A stretch of 63,693 nt of DNA, counting the filler. It is 4 parts of 4 records of this genome, joined end to end, with 100 filler letters (N's around TTAATTAATTAA, not from the genome) between each part and the next. Parts side by side here need not be neighbours in the genome. Positions count along the whole stretch, not along the records: positions 26,350 to 37,688 come from SRR22947725_7667; positions 37,789 to 57,451 come from SRR22947725_7676; 2 more parts are not named here. One strand, written 5' to 3'. The position numbers and the translations under genes were made by a program. Below, one piece after another: positions 28,439-40,422 of the stretch (within the stretch, counting starts at the first letter, position 1; each line of letters begins with the position of its first letter). A model generated the notes under the pieces. That model searched no databases, was not told the origin of the DNA, and saw only the letters and a program-made list of their open reading frames with translations.

Positions 28439-28515
28439 AAACTATAACTCATTATAAAAGATATAACATTTAAAAAACTTAAAAAATTTGTATTTAAAAA
28501 GCAAGAAAAATATAA

Positions 28516-28542
28516 TCAATTTGAGTTAGAAAGTTTCTAAGT
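28516..28542. repeat. Inner 27-bp direct repeat, copy 2 (contains palindrome TTAGAAA-G-TTTCTAA)
   Basis: TCAATTTGAGTTAGAAAGTTTCTAAGT. Confidence 0.85.
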
Positions 28543-28580
28543 TTTTTATCTAGTAATAACAATCACTTAATACCTAAACA

Positions 28581-30137
28581 CTACTCCCACTCAATTGTAC
28601 CAGGTGGTTTTGAAGTTATGTCATAAGTAACTCTATTAATACCATCCACATTATTAATAATTTTAGTCGCTGTTTCACTAAGAAAGTCATGATCAAAAGG
28701 ATAGTAATCAGCAGTCATACCATCAACAGAAGTAACTGCTCTTAAAGCACAGACATAGTCATAAGTCCTTGCATCTCCCATTACGCCAACAGTTTTTACA
28801 GGTAAAATAACTACAAATGCTTGCCAAATTTTTTTATATAATCCGTATTTTTTTATCTGATCAATATAAATCTGATCTGCGTTCCTGAGAATTTCTAATT
28901 TTTCTTTTGTTATTTCTCCTGGACATCTAATTGCCAAACCTGGCCCTGGAAAAGGATGTCTAGAAATAAACTTATCAGGTATTCCTAATTCTTGACCTAA
29001 AGCTCTGACTTCATCCTTAAATAATTCTTTTAGAGGTTCAATTAATTTCAAGTTCATTTTTTCTGGCAACCCACCTACATTATGATGGGATTTTATAGTT
29101 TCAGATGGAGCTCCAGAAAAACTTACACTTTCTATTACATCAGGATAAAGGGTACCCTGAGCTAAAAATTCAACATTACCAATTTCACTGGCGTGTTTTT
29201 CAAAAACATCAATAAATAATTTACCAATAATTTTTCTTTTTTGTTCAGGTTCACTGATCTCTTTTAAATGAGATAAAAATAAATCTTCTTCATGAGCAGC
29301 TTTAAGATTTAACTTAAAATTATTTTTATATAAATCTATAACCTCTTCACTTTCATTTTTTCTCATTAAACCATTGTTTACATAAACACAAGTTAGTTGA
29401 TCCCCTATTGCCTTATGAATTAAAATTGCTGTAACAGAACTATCTACACCTCCCGATAATGCGCAAATAACTTTTCTGTTACCAATTTCTTTTTTGATTT
29501 TTGATACTGAGTTTTTAAGATATGATTTCATATTCCAATCAAATGAAAGTTCTGCAATTTCTAAAAAATTTTTAAATAGAATCATTCCATTTACAGTATG
29601 AACAACCTCTGGATGAAATTGAACTCCATAAAAATGTTTTTGCTTATTCCCAATTATTGCAAACGGAGCATTTTCTGATTCACCATAAACTTCAAAATTT
29701 TCAGGAAGATTTGAGACATTGTCTCCGTGAGACATCCAAACCTCTTCGTCTAAATTGTCTTTAAACAAATTTTGTAAAAAATTAATCTCTTTATATTTAA
29801 ATTTTACAAATGATTTTCCAAACTCAGAAGTTCCATTTCCAGAACTAACTGTTCCACCCAAGATTTTCACCATGATTTGCTGACCGTAACATATTCCTAA
29901 AATTGGTATTCCCAGTTCAAAAATATTTGAAGGTGGCCTTGGAGCACCTTTATCTAACACACTTGCTGGGCCACCAGATAAAATAATTGCCTTTGGATTA
30001 AGTTTTTGCATTAATAAATTGTTAATTTTATTAAATGGATGTATTTCGCAATATACTTTTAATTCTCTTAATCTTCTGGCAATTAATTGTGTAACCTGAC
30101 TTCCAAAATCAATTATTATCACTAAATCATTTTTCAT
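28581..30137 (-). CDS. guaA: GMP synthase (glutamine-hydrolysing)
   Basis: [41 protein letters not shown]. Confidence 0.98.
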   Translation of the reverse strand: MKNDLVIIIDFGSQVTQLIARRLRELKVYCEIHPFNKINNLLMQKLNPKAIILSGGPASVLDKGAPRPPSNIFELGIPILGICYGQQIMVKILGGTVSSGNGTSEFGKSFVKFKYKEINFLQNLFKDNLDEEVWMSHGDNVSNLPENFEVYGESENAPFAIIGNKQKHFYGVQFHPEVVHTVNGMILFKNFLEIAELSFDWNMKSYLKNSVSKIKKEIGNRKVICALSGGVDSSVTAILIHKAIGDQLTCVYVNNGLMRKNESEEVIDLYKNNFKLNLKAAHEEDLFLSHLKEISEPEQKRKIIGKLFIDVFEKHASEIGNVEFLAQGTLYPDVIESVSFSGAPSETIKSHHNVGGLPEKMNLKLIEPLKELFKDEVRALGQELGIPDKFISRHPFPGPGLAIRCPGEITKEKLEILRNADQIYIDQIKKYGLYKKIWQAFVVILPVKTVGVMGDARTYDYVCALRAVTSVDGMTADYYPFDHDFLSETATKIINNVDGINRVTYDITSKPPGTIEWE

Positions 30138-30140
30138 TAA

Positions 30141-31471
30141 TTATCTTTTCCTCTGAAACATAGATATATAAAAACCATCCGTTCTATGAATAGCCGGATT
30201 TAAAACTATACCATTTTTATCAGTTTCAAAAGGATATGGTGTTTGATTATTTGATAAAATCGTATCATTCCACATGTTAATCATATTAATTTCTGAAAAA
30301 TCTAAATTGTTTTCATTTTTAAACTTTTCTATTTGATTCAATCCTTCCTCTGGTAAAAAAGAACAAACCATATAGGCTAATTTTCCACCAGGTTTTACCA
30401 TCAAAGCCCCTTTAACTAAAAGTTCATATTGGATCTTTACTAGCTCATCTAATTTTTTTTTATCAAATTTAAATTTTGAATCTGGACTTCTTGACCATTT
30501 CCCAATTCCGCTACATGGAGCATCAATTAAAACTAGATCAAAAAAGTTTTCTAATCCTTTAACACTCCAGTTTTTGTTAACATGCCTTCTCTCAACGTTA
30601 TGAACGCCTGCTCTTTTAAGACGAATACTAGCAATTTCTAATCTCTTCTTATTTATATCAAAGGATACAATTCTTCCTTTATTCTCCATTAAGTCAGCTA
30701 GGATTAATGATTTACCACCAGCTCCAGAGCATATTTCTGCAATTTGTATTCCTGGTTTTGCGTCAGTTAGAATTGAAGCTACTTGAGATGCTTCACCTTG
30801 AATTTCTAAATAACCATTTTTATAAAGCTCATGACCTTCTATTGGATATCTTTTTGAAAACCTTATCCCTAATGGAGAATATTTAGAGTGCTGATGATCA
30901 ATCCCAAGATCTTTTAATTTCGTGCTTAATTTATCTCTTGATATATTTTTTAACCTATTGACCCTAACATCAAAAAAAGCTTCTTTGTTAATTGATAATG
31001 CAACATCTTGCCAATCATCAGGAAAACTTCCTTTAATGCTATTTAATAAGAATTCTTGAAGTTCATATTTAATATGATCTTCCATATTAGGATGATAAAA
31101 ATTTCTGTAAAGTTTTTCATCTAAAAAATCTAAACTTATTTGCTTGAAATCTTTATGATCTTTCGACATCAAAATAAGTAAACTTTTAATTTTAATAATA
31201 TTATTTTTATAGTAATCATTTAAAAAAAATAGTTCTAAGATTAACTGATTAGTATTTAAAGGTCTTAATCCCAGATTTTTAATATGCCACTTAATTTTAT
31301 ATTGATGTCTTATTATATTCCAAAATATATTAGAAATAAATTTTCTATCTTTAGAACCAATAAATTTTTTTGATCTAAAAAAGCTATTAACAATTTTACT
31401 AGCTGTTTTTAAAGAATTATCTAATGTATTTAAAAGTTCTAAAACACTGTATATTCTATCTTTATCTCTCA

Positions 31472-31472
<1 letters not shown>
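30141..31472 (-). CDS. rsmB: RsmB/NOP family m5C RNA methyltransferase
   Basis: EIQGEASQ, CSGAGGKS, DAPCSG, YMVCS, TDGFY; exact substrate uncertain. Confidence 0.85.
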
Positions 31473-32941
<1,469 letters not shown>

Positions 32942-33012
32942 TTAGATATTATAAATATTTTAACACCCTATATAAACTTTTGAAAATAAATTACAAAGAT
33001 AAAATATTGCAA

Positions 33013-33711
33013 TTACTCTATATTGAAACCAGTGGCGATAACATACCCCTCTACAGATTCTTTTCTACTAGCATCTGGCTTAATATGATTAACCCTTGAA
33101 AAATGTTTCTTCATCAAAGACAAGGAATCTATTTCAGTTCCTCCTTTGAAACATTTAGCCAAAAACACTCCATTTTTATTTAAGTTTTCTATAGCAAAAT
33201 CTAGGGCTATTTCTAATAAATATGTAGTCCTAATATGATCTGTCTGTCTATGACCTGTAGTATTTGCAGCCATATCAGATAAAACAATATCAGGCTTGCA
33301 ACCCAGAATTTTTATTAATTCATCTCCTATTTTTGCATCAGTAATATCCCCTAATATAGATATACAGCCAGCAATATCATCAGTTGGCAGTAAATCCACA
33401 CCAACTACTTTTTCTCTTCCAACAAGAGAATTTACTTTTTGAGAAGCAATTTGAAGCCAACCACCTGGTGCACACCCTAAATCTACAACAGAACGCCCAG
33501 GAATTAAAAACTTATACTTTTCGTCAATTTGCAGCAGTTTAAATGCTGCTCTAGATTTGTAACCTCTTTTTTGTGTTTCTAGAACATAAGGATCATTAAG
33601 TTGTCGTCCAATCCACCTAGTACTGGATGACTTTCTTTTCTTATCTTTTTTTATTTTTTGTGATAATCCCCTAGCACTTCCAAATGAACCAGGATTGTTT
33701 TGATCAGTCAT
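33013..33711 (-). CDS. rlmE: 23S rRNA Um2552 methyltransferase
   Basis: RQLNDPYV, GYKSRAAFKL, DLGCAPGGW, SDMA, KPDASRKES. Confidence 0.95.
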   Translation of the reverse strand: MTDQNNPGSFGSARGLSQKIKKDKKRKSSSTRWIGRQLNDPYVLETQKRGYKSRAAFKLLQIDEKYKFLIPGRSVVDLGCAPGGWLQIASQKVNSLVGREKVVGVDLLPTDDIAGCISILGDITDAKIGDELIKILGCKPDIVLSDMAANTTGHRQTDHIRTTYLLEIALDFAIENLNKNGVFLAKCFKGGTEIDSLSLMKKHFSRVNHIKPDASRKESVEGYVIATGFNIE

Positions 33712-34075
33712 TATTAATATTATTTGTTGATTTAAAAAAACAGCTTGTAGCACCTGTATGACAAGCAGGTCCAGTTTGTTCGATCAATGCGAGCATGGTA
33801 TCGTTATCACAATCTAATCTAAGTTCAAATAGCTTCTGAAAATACCCACTAGATTCTCCCTTTTGCCAGAGCTTTTGTCTTGATCTTGAAAAGTAATACA
33901 TATTATTTGTATTAATTGTTTTTTTTACAGCTTCTTCATTCATCCAAGCCATCATTAATACAGTACCAGTATTTACACATTGTGCAATGACAGGAACTAA
34001 TCCATCTTTATTAAATTTAATGTCTGAAGGATAAAAATTTTCAGAACTTAAAATTGTATAATCATTTTTGACCAT
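33704..34075 (-). CDS. hisI: Phosphoribosyl-AMP cyclohydrolase
   Basis: GLVPVIAQ, FSRSRQKLWQKGESSG, DCDND, ACHTG..SCF. Confidence 0.96.
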   Translation of the reverse strand: MVKNDYTILSSENFYPSDIKFNKDGLVPVIAQCVNTGTVLMMAWMNEEAVKKTINTNNMYYFSRSRQKLWQKGESSGYFQKLFELRLDCDNDTMLALIEQTGPACHTGATSCFFKSTNNINND

Positions 34076-34079
34076 TGTA

Positions 34080-37000
34080 TTATCTTCTCTTAAAGTTTTT
34101 AAAGAAATTTGAACAATCATTGCTTATACCCATCATAGATGGAACTATGACAAGTACAAGAAAAGCAGTAACGCCTAGGCCAAAAACTATTGTTGCAGCC
34201 ATTGGAATGAGAAACTGCGCTTGGAGTGATGTTTCAAACATAAGGGCTGATAATCCACCAATTGTTGTAAGAGATGTTAATAAAACTGGTCTAAACCTAT
34301 CAACAACTCCATTAATTATAGCTTCATTTATTATTTTATCATCATTATATTCTCTATCATTTTGATTACGTAAGTCTTCTAGCCTTCTTTCAATAGTTGA
34401 AACTAATATGATTGAATTATTTACTACTATTCCTGCTAAGGCCAAAAGGGCGAACATGGATAATATAGACATTGTTAAACCCAACAAATAATGACCAAGA
34501 ACAGCACCAATAAAAGCAAACGGTATCATAATCATGATAGAAAATGGCCTTGACCATGATTTAAATACCCAAGCTAATATAAAATAGATAAGTAATAAAC
34601 CAATTATTGAACCCGTTCCCATATCGGCAAATGTTTCTTTTTGTTCCAAATCTTTACCATCAAATCTATAAGATACATTATATTTTTTAGCGATTTCAGG
34701 CAGTCCATTTCCCATTAAAAAATTTCTTGCTTGGGCAGTATTCATCATTTCAGTAAATAAGTCTCCAGATATAGTAACTTCACGAAAACCATCTGTTCTA
34801 TTTATTGATGCAAAAGGAAGTGTTTCATTAATTATTGCTATTTCTTGAAGCCTGAAGCTTTCTCCAAGTGGAGAAATTATCCTCAACTCATTTATCATAT
34901 CTGTATTTTGTTCATCTTCGGATAATTTTAATCTAACTTTTACCTCTTCATCCCCCTTTGGAAATTCTGATATAATAGTCCCATTAATTGCTGATCTTAC
35001 CTGTTCGCCAATATTAGTTATAGAAAATCCTAAAGACTGTCCTTTTTCATTTAAACTTAGACTTTTTTCTTGAATGCCAAACTCTAGATTATCACTGAGT
35101 GATGATACACCAGGGATATTTCGGGCAATATTTATTAACTCATTAGATGCTAATTTAAGAGTTTTCAAGTCATCCCCTTGAAACCTTACATCAAGGTCTC
35201 TTCCAGGAGGCCCTCCACTTGGAGCTCTAATAGTAAGGTTATCTAAACCTGGTTCGTTTATGATATTTTTTTTCCATTCCTTTATAAAATCATTTGTTCT
35301 TATTTCTCTTTTATCAGCTGTTTTTAATTCAACAACCATAGATCCAAGCAAATCACTTCCAGAAGAGCTGGGCGATGAATCATTAGAAAAAGAGGTCCTT
35401 GATCCAATTGTAGACATGTTAAATTGAATAAGATTGGGAGATAATGCAAATTGGCTGGATGTTTTATCCAATGCTATCTTAATATTATCTAACATTTTGT
35501 TTGTTTGGGATTTAGTAGTACCAGAATGCATTTTAAAATTAGCTATTACTATATCAGCCTCTGGAGTAGGAAAAAAGCTAAATAAAACTCTACCTCCTGA
35601 CATCATTCCTATTGAAATTATAAACATTCCGATTGCTGTCATGAAGGTGATATATCTATAGTTAAAAGTGTAGATAACAAATTTTCTAAATATACCCTCT
35701 TGAAAAGAGTTAAATTTTTTATCAAACCATAACCTAAACCTACTTTCTTCTTGATTTGATCTATCATAATGAGCTAGATGAGCGGGCAAAACCAAAAAAC
35801 ATTCAATTAAACTTGCCACTAATACTGCACATACCACCCAAGGAATAGCTGCAATAATTTCTCCTATTACACCTTTAATCATAAATAGAGGTATAAAAGC
35901 TGCAACTGTGGTGAGCATTGCTGATATAACAGGCATTGACATTCTGGTTGCAGCCACAACTGGTGCTTTACTGGAATCCAGCCTCCTTTTAGTTTTCAAA
36001 TATGACGAGTGTTCTCCAACTACTATTGCGTCATCTACAACTATACCTAATGCCATTATTAAACCAAATAATGAAATCATATTGATAGACTGGCCTGATG
36101 CTAACATAACACCAAAGGTCGCTAAAAAAGCAATCGGAATACCAAAAGCAACCCAGATTGCAGTGTTACGTGACAAAAACAAAAATAATACTGCAAGAAC
36201 AATACAAAGACCACTAAGACCATTCTTGACTAACAATGATATTCTTTCTTGTATTAAATTAGCAGCAGTATTGTAAGTCTGGATTTCAATCTGATTACCT
36301 ATTAATTCTTGTGAATTAGAAATAACTTTATTTACATTTTCTGAAACTTTGAGGGCATCACTTGTTTTGCTTCTTCTAACCCATATCTCTACAGCTGGTT
36401 TCCCATCAACAAACTTTAAAACACTACTTTTTTCAATACTTGATTTTATATTTGCTATATCACCAAGTAAAATTCTTGCACCAGAAACTGAGTTTTTTAG
36501 CTCTAATTTTTTGAATGCTTCTACTAATCTTTTTTCACCTACTGTCCTTACTCTCAATGAGCCATCAGCAAAACTACCTCCGGAGACATCTTGTGTTTCA
36601 GATTTTATAAGGTTTGAGATTTCATTTAATGAAAGTTTTAGTTTAGCCACCTCTAATTGAGAAATTTCAATCAGAATTTCTTCTTGAGGCAAACCTAATA
36701 TGTCAACTTTATCTACACCAGAGTTTAGAAGTTCTTCTTTTAGTATTTTAGATTTTATCCTTAACTCTGATAAAGGTAAATCACTTGTTAAAACAATTCT
36801 AGTTACAGTGTCAAAAAATTCACCTACAACTATTTTAGGTTTATTCGCCTTTTCTGGAAAATTAATTCTTGATACAGCTGTTTCAACATCCGTTCTTCCT
36901 TTTTGCATATCATGCCCATAATTAAACTCAACTTGAGTACGTGCAATACCCTCAACAGATTTAGATGTAACTTTTTTAACGCCAGATATTGGTCGCAATT

Positions 37001-37226
37001 CCGGTTCAAGTAATTGAACTATATTTTTATCTATTTCTTCTGCAGTTGCTCCTGGCCAATCTAACGAAACGGCTACAATCTCAACGTCAAAGTCAGGAAA
37101 AAATTGTTTGTTTAATCTACCTATTGATAGCAAACCAACAATAATCATTAATATCATAATGATATTTGCTGCTGTCCTATGCTGTACAAAAAATTTTAAG
37201 AAACCAGACTCATTAAATTTTAACAA
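34080..37226 (-). CDS. RND efflux permease (AcrB/AcrD/AcrF family)
   Basis: 1048 aa, GIVVDDAIVVGE, GIVVNNSI, RFRPVLLTSLTT. Confidence 0.95.
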   Translation of the reverse strand: MLKFNESGFLKFFVQHRTAANIIMILMIIVGLLSIGRLNKQFFPDFDVEIVAVSLDWPGATAEEIDKNIVQLLEPELRPISGVKKVTSKSVEGIARTQVEFNYGHDMQKGRTDVETAVSRINFPEKANKPKIVVGEFFDTVTRIVLTSDLPLSELRIKSKILKEELLNSGVDKVDILGLPQEEILIEISQLEVAKLKLSLNEISNLIKSETQDVSGGSFADGSLRVRTVGEKRLVEAFKKLELKNSVSGARILLGDIANIKSSIEKSSVLKFVDGKPAVEIWVRRSKTSDALKVSENVNKVISNSQELIGNQIEIQTYNTAANLIQERISLLVKNGLSGLCIVLAVLFLFLSRNTAIWVAFGIPIAFLATFGVMLASGQSINMISLFGLIMALGIVVDDAIVVGEHSSYLKTKRRLDSSKAPVVAATRMSMPVISAMLTTVAAFIPLFMIKGVIGEIIAAIPWVVCAVLVASLIECFLVLPAHLAHYDRSNQEESRFRLWFDKKFNSFQEGIFRKFVIYTFNYRYITFMTAIGMFIISIGMMSGGRVLFSFFPTPEADIVIANFKMHSGTTKSQTNKMLDNIKIALDKTSSQFALSPNLIQFNMSTIGSRTSFSNDSSPSSSGSDLLGSMVVELKTADKREIRTNDFIKEWKKNIINEPGLDNLTIRAPSGGPPGRDLDVRFQGDDLKTLKLASNELINIARNIPGVSSLSDNLEFGIQEKSLSLNEKGQSLGFSITNIGEQVRSAINGTIISEFPKGDEEVKVRLKLSEDEQNTDMINELRIISPLGESFRLQEIAIINETLPFASINRTDGFREVTISGDLFTEMMNTAQARNFLMGNGLPEIAKKYNVSYRFDGKDLEQKETFADMGTGSIIGLLLIYFILAWVFKSWSRPFSIMIMIPFAFIGAVLGHYLLGLTMSILSMFALLALAGIVVNNSIILVSTIERRLEDLRNQNDREYNDDKIINEAIINGVVDRFRPVLLTSLTTIGGLSALMFETSLQAQFLIPMAATIVFGLGVTAFLVLVIVPSMMGISNDCSNFFKNFKRR

Positions 37227-37257
37227 AATTATATCCTAAATTATTTAAAGCATGCAT

Positions 37258-37688
37258 TTAATTAGTGATTGTAATTTTTTGATTATTAAGATTATTTGGT
37301 ATTTTAGTAATTATAATTTGATCTTTTTCTGATAAATCACCATCAATAATAACATACCCAGAACCTTTATGTTTCAAACTTATTTTTCTTTCTTTGGCAA
37401 TACCATTTTCTACAACGTAGACTTTATTCCCATATAATGCTGTTTCTGGAAGTCTAAATACGTTTACAAATTCATTTAATGGATAAATAACTCTTACAAA
37501 AGTTCCAAGGGGGATAATGTTTTTTTGATAATCTATCTTACCAAAAATTTTACCACCGCCCTCTTCTTCTATGATTTTACCTCCAGTTCGTAAAATTTTT
37601 CCTTTGATTGTTTTAAGAGAAGTGTCACTTGCTTCCCAAATAACTTCAATATTTTTTCCTATTAAATTTTGAGCATTTGAATAAACCT
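37258..37688 (-). CDS. RND periplasmic adaptor (MFP), 3' part truncated by contig end
   Basis: Manual translation ...VFRLPETALYGNKVYVVENG...IIITKIP...TN*. Confidence 0.75.
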
Positions 37689-37788
37689 NNNNNNNNNNNN
37701 NNNNNNNNNNNNNNNNNNNNNNNNNNNNNNNNTTAATTAATTAANNNNNNNNNNNNNNNNNNNNNNNNNNNNNNNNNNNNNNNNNNNN
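37689..37788. other. Artificial contig linker
   Basis: N44-TTAATTAATTAA-N44. Confidence 0.99.
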
Positions 37789-38654
37789 ACAATTGCTTTA
37801 TTAAACTGAACAGGAAAGCCAGATATCGTCGCCACTCGTCTAGAAAGATTCATCAACTTTGTAGAATCTATTCTAGTCCGGTACGGGAGAATATCACTTC
37901 GTACTTTAGTAGCCATAACTACTTCTTCTAAAGCAGTATTTCCAGCTCGCTCGCCTAATCCATTTATAGTACATTCAATTTGTCGGGCCCCTGCCTCAAC
38001 TGCGGCCAGCGAGTTTGCAGTTGCCATGCCTAGATCATTATGGCAGTGCGTTGCGAATATAATACTGTCAGCCCCTGGTACTTTATCTATAAGCATAGCA
38101 ATTAAATTCGAACTTTCTTTAGGAGCTGTATAACCCACTGTGTCTGGAATATTTATCGTAGTAGCACCTGCCTTTATAGCAATTTCTATCACACGGCACA
38201 AATAATCCTGTTCAGTACGGGTGGCATCCATAGGAGACCACTGAACGTCATCACATAGATTTCTAGCATAGGTCACAGTTTGGTTTATCTTTTCAGCCAT
38301 TTCATCCATTGTAAGGTTTGGAATGGCTCTATGGAGTGGCGATGTACCAATAAATGTGTGAATACGGGGTCGACGTGCTAAGCGCACAGCCTCCCAGCAT
38401 CTATCGATATCACTAAAATTCGCACGAGCAAGGCCACAGATAGATGCTACTTTCGTTTTGCAAGCAATCGCCCGTACCGCTTCAAAATCCCCGTCAGAAG
38501 CAATTGGAAACCCTGCTTCTATTATATCAACCCCCATCTCATCCAATAAATCTGCTATCTCTAGTTTTTCAACATGACTCATTGTTGCCCCTGGAGATTG
38601 CTCTCCATCACGTAACGTTGTGTCAAAAATTAAAATGTCCGTTTGTTTGTTCAT
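37789..38654 (-). CDS. leuA: 2-isopropylmalate synthase, 5' part (truncated)
   Basis: FDTTLRDGEQSPG, HCHNDLG, NGLGERAGN. Confidence 0.96.
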
Positions 38655-38697
38655 GTCTTTTCTCCCGCATGCTTTATTCTTGTTCTGACGCTATACA

Positions 38698-38795
38698 CCT
38701 CTGAGCGGTCGCGCCCAAAGGCACGCTCAGAGGGTGCTCAGCAGGAGCTCTGTCTCGTCACATTTATAAATTGAGTAACTTAAAAACCATAACAT
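38698..38795 (-). promoter_or_regulatory. leuA leader: Leu-rich uORF plus hairpin (attenuator-like)
   Basis: uORF 38795-38727 MLWFLSYSIYKCDETELLLSTL*; stem CCTCTGAGCG/CGCTCAGAGG overlapping its stop. Confidence 0.7.
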
Positions 38796-38872
38796 AATAA
38801 AATTATAAAGCTTATAATGGAAAAGAAAAGTAAATATTTTAGTTATTCTTAGTATTTGATCAAATTATAAGA

Positions 38873-40294
38873 TCAATTGTTAACAGGTATAAGTCTTTTC
38901 TTTGCGCTAATGAGCTTCCCGTCAATCCAAGATCCGATCGCAACCTCATTATTAGTATACCTCATGGATCCACTGCCAGATCGTTTTCCAGCTTTAAACT
39001 GTCCGATGTATATAGCTCCTGAAACGTACTCCTCAACTCCTTGACCATTGCGCTGGCCATTCAACCAATCACCCCGATAGGAATAACCAGAACTTTCATT
39101 TAAAATACCAAAGCCATTACGTTGCCCAGATTGGAACTCACCTTTATAAGTTGATCCATTAGCATAAAAAGAAGTTCCTCGGCCATGTCTTTTCCCTGAA
39201 AGCCATCCCCCTTTATACCGGTAACCAGAGGCATCAACTAATTCACCTTGCCCGTGATAGCCACCATCCTTGAAGCCACCCACAAAGCTTGTACCATCTT
39301 TGAACATAACTTTACCATTTCCTGTAGCAGCCCCATCACTCCAATCACCCTCATAGGTTGACCCATCTGCATAGGTCATTTTTCCTTTGCCATGAAGGAA
39401 ATCCCTGTCCAGCTGGCCTTCGTATAATGAACCATCTGGATAAGCTACCTTGCCGTAACCACTCATAATATTATCTACCCAGTTTCCTTGATATACAAAA
39501 CCATCTACCTTACTGAGAATACCTTGCCCATTCTTTTTATCACTTTTAAAAAAGCCATTATAGACATCACCCGTACTATAAGTCATCTGGCCCTTTCCGT
39601 GCCTTTGTCCAAGTTTGAACTCCCCATAATACTTACTTCCACTTGAATGGAGGAGTGTGCCTAAGCCGTTCCATTCTCCCTTTTTCCAAACTCCATGATA
39701 AGTTAAAATTGTTGAGTTTTTTGGAAATGTTAGTTTTCCATCGCCATGACAGTAGCCGTCTACCATGTTCCCATCATATTTTGAGCCATCAGCGTAGGTT
39801 ATAAAACCCTTCCCGTTCTGTTTTCCTTTTAACCAGCTGCCAAGGTAAATATATCCATCTTTTGTAGTTAATTTACCATATCCATGATACTTTGAATTTT
39901 TAAAATTACCCTTATAAGTTGTACCGTCAGTTAAAATTAAGGAGCCTTCGCCATTAGGTGATCCATCTTTCCATTCACCTTCATATATTTTTTTATCCAG
40001 AAAAACCATTTTGCCAATTCCTGAAGGTTTTCCCAAAGAGAATTCTCCCTTATATATAGAGCCATCAAGTAAGCTAGCTATTCCTTTTCCTTGAATCTTA
40101 CCTTCGACCCACTCACCATTATATTCATATCCATTGGGCAAAGAATAAACTCCTAACCCATGATGTAATCCTTTTTTTAACTGCCCTGTGTAAATAGAGC
40201 CATCAGGATATTTTTTTATGATTGTGTCTTCAGCATTTGCTAAGTTTACTGTAGTTAGAAAAATGATGAACAAGAGTTTTAAAAGTTGATACAA
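38873..40294 (-). CDS. Secreted MORN-repeat protein
   Basis: Signal peptide and many Y.G.W..G..HG.G repeats. Confidence 0.92.
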   Translation of the reverse strand: MYQLLKLLFIIFLTTVNLANAEDTIIKKYPDGSIYTGQLKKGLHHGLGVYSLPNGYEYNGEWVEGKIQGKGIASLLDGSIYKGEFSLGKPSGIGKMVFLDKKIYEGEWKDGSPNGEGSLILTDGTTYKGNFKNSKYHGYGKLTTKDGYIYLGSWLKGKQNGKGFITYADGSKYDGNMVDGYCHGDGKLTFPKNSTILTYHGVWKKGEWNGLGTLLHSSGSKYYGEFKLGQRHGKGQMTYSTGDVYNGFFKSDKKNGQGILSKVDGFVYQGNWVDNIMSGYGKVAYPDGSLYEGQLDRDFLHGKGKMTYADGSTYEGDWSDGAATGNGKVMFKDGTSFVGGFKDGGYHGQGELVDASGYRYKGGWLSGKRHGRGTSFYANGSTYKGEFQSGQRNGFGILNESSGYSYRGDWLNGQRNGQGVEEYVSGAIYIGQFKAGKRSGSGSMRYTNNEVAIGSWIDGKLISAKKRLIPVNN

Positions 40295-40422
40295 TGTGTT
40301 TCCGATTATATAGTAATTCTTGATTGCAACTTACGTTAACTGTCCACAACTGACAAGCGATTGCTCGCAGTATTAGCATCAAAAAGAATAGGGCTAAAAG
40401 AGTTTAATGGTTATAATACTTT

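Larger units (their letters stand above)
26441..28595 (-). mobile_element. Integrase-less mini genomic island inserted at the guaA 3' end
   Basis: 16-bp direct repeats containing GAGTGGGA, flanking arm-like motifs, only accessory ORFs inside. Confidence 0.75.

Noticed and set aside
38873-40294. Periodic DNA pattern suggesting a repeat array or CRISPR
   Set aside because: Explained by MORN protein repeats; no identical repeats with spacers and no cas genes anywhere in the window
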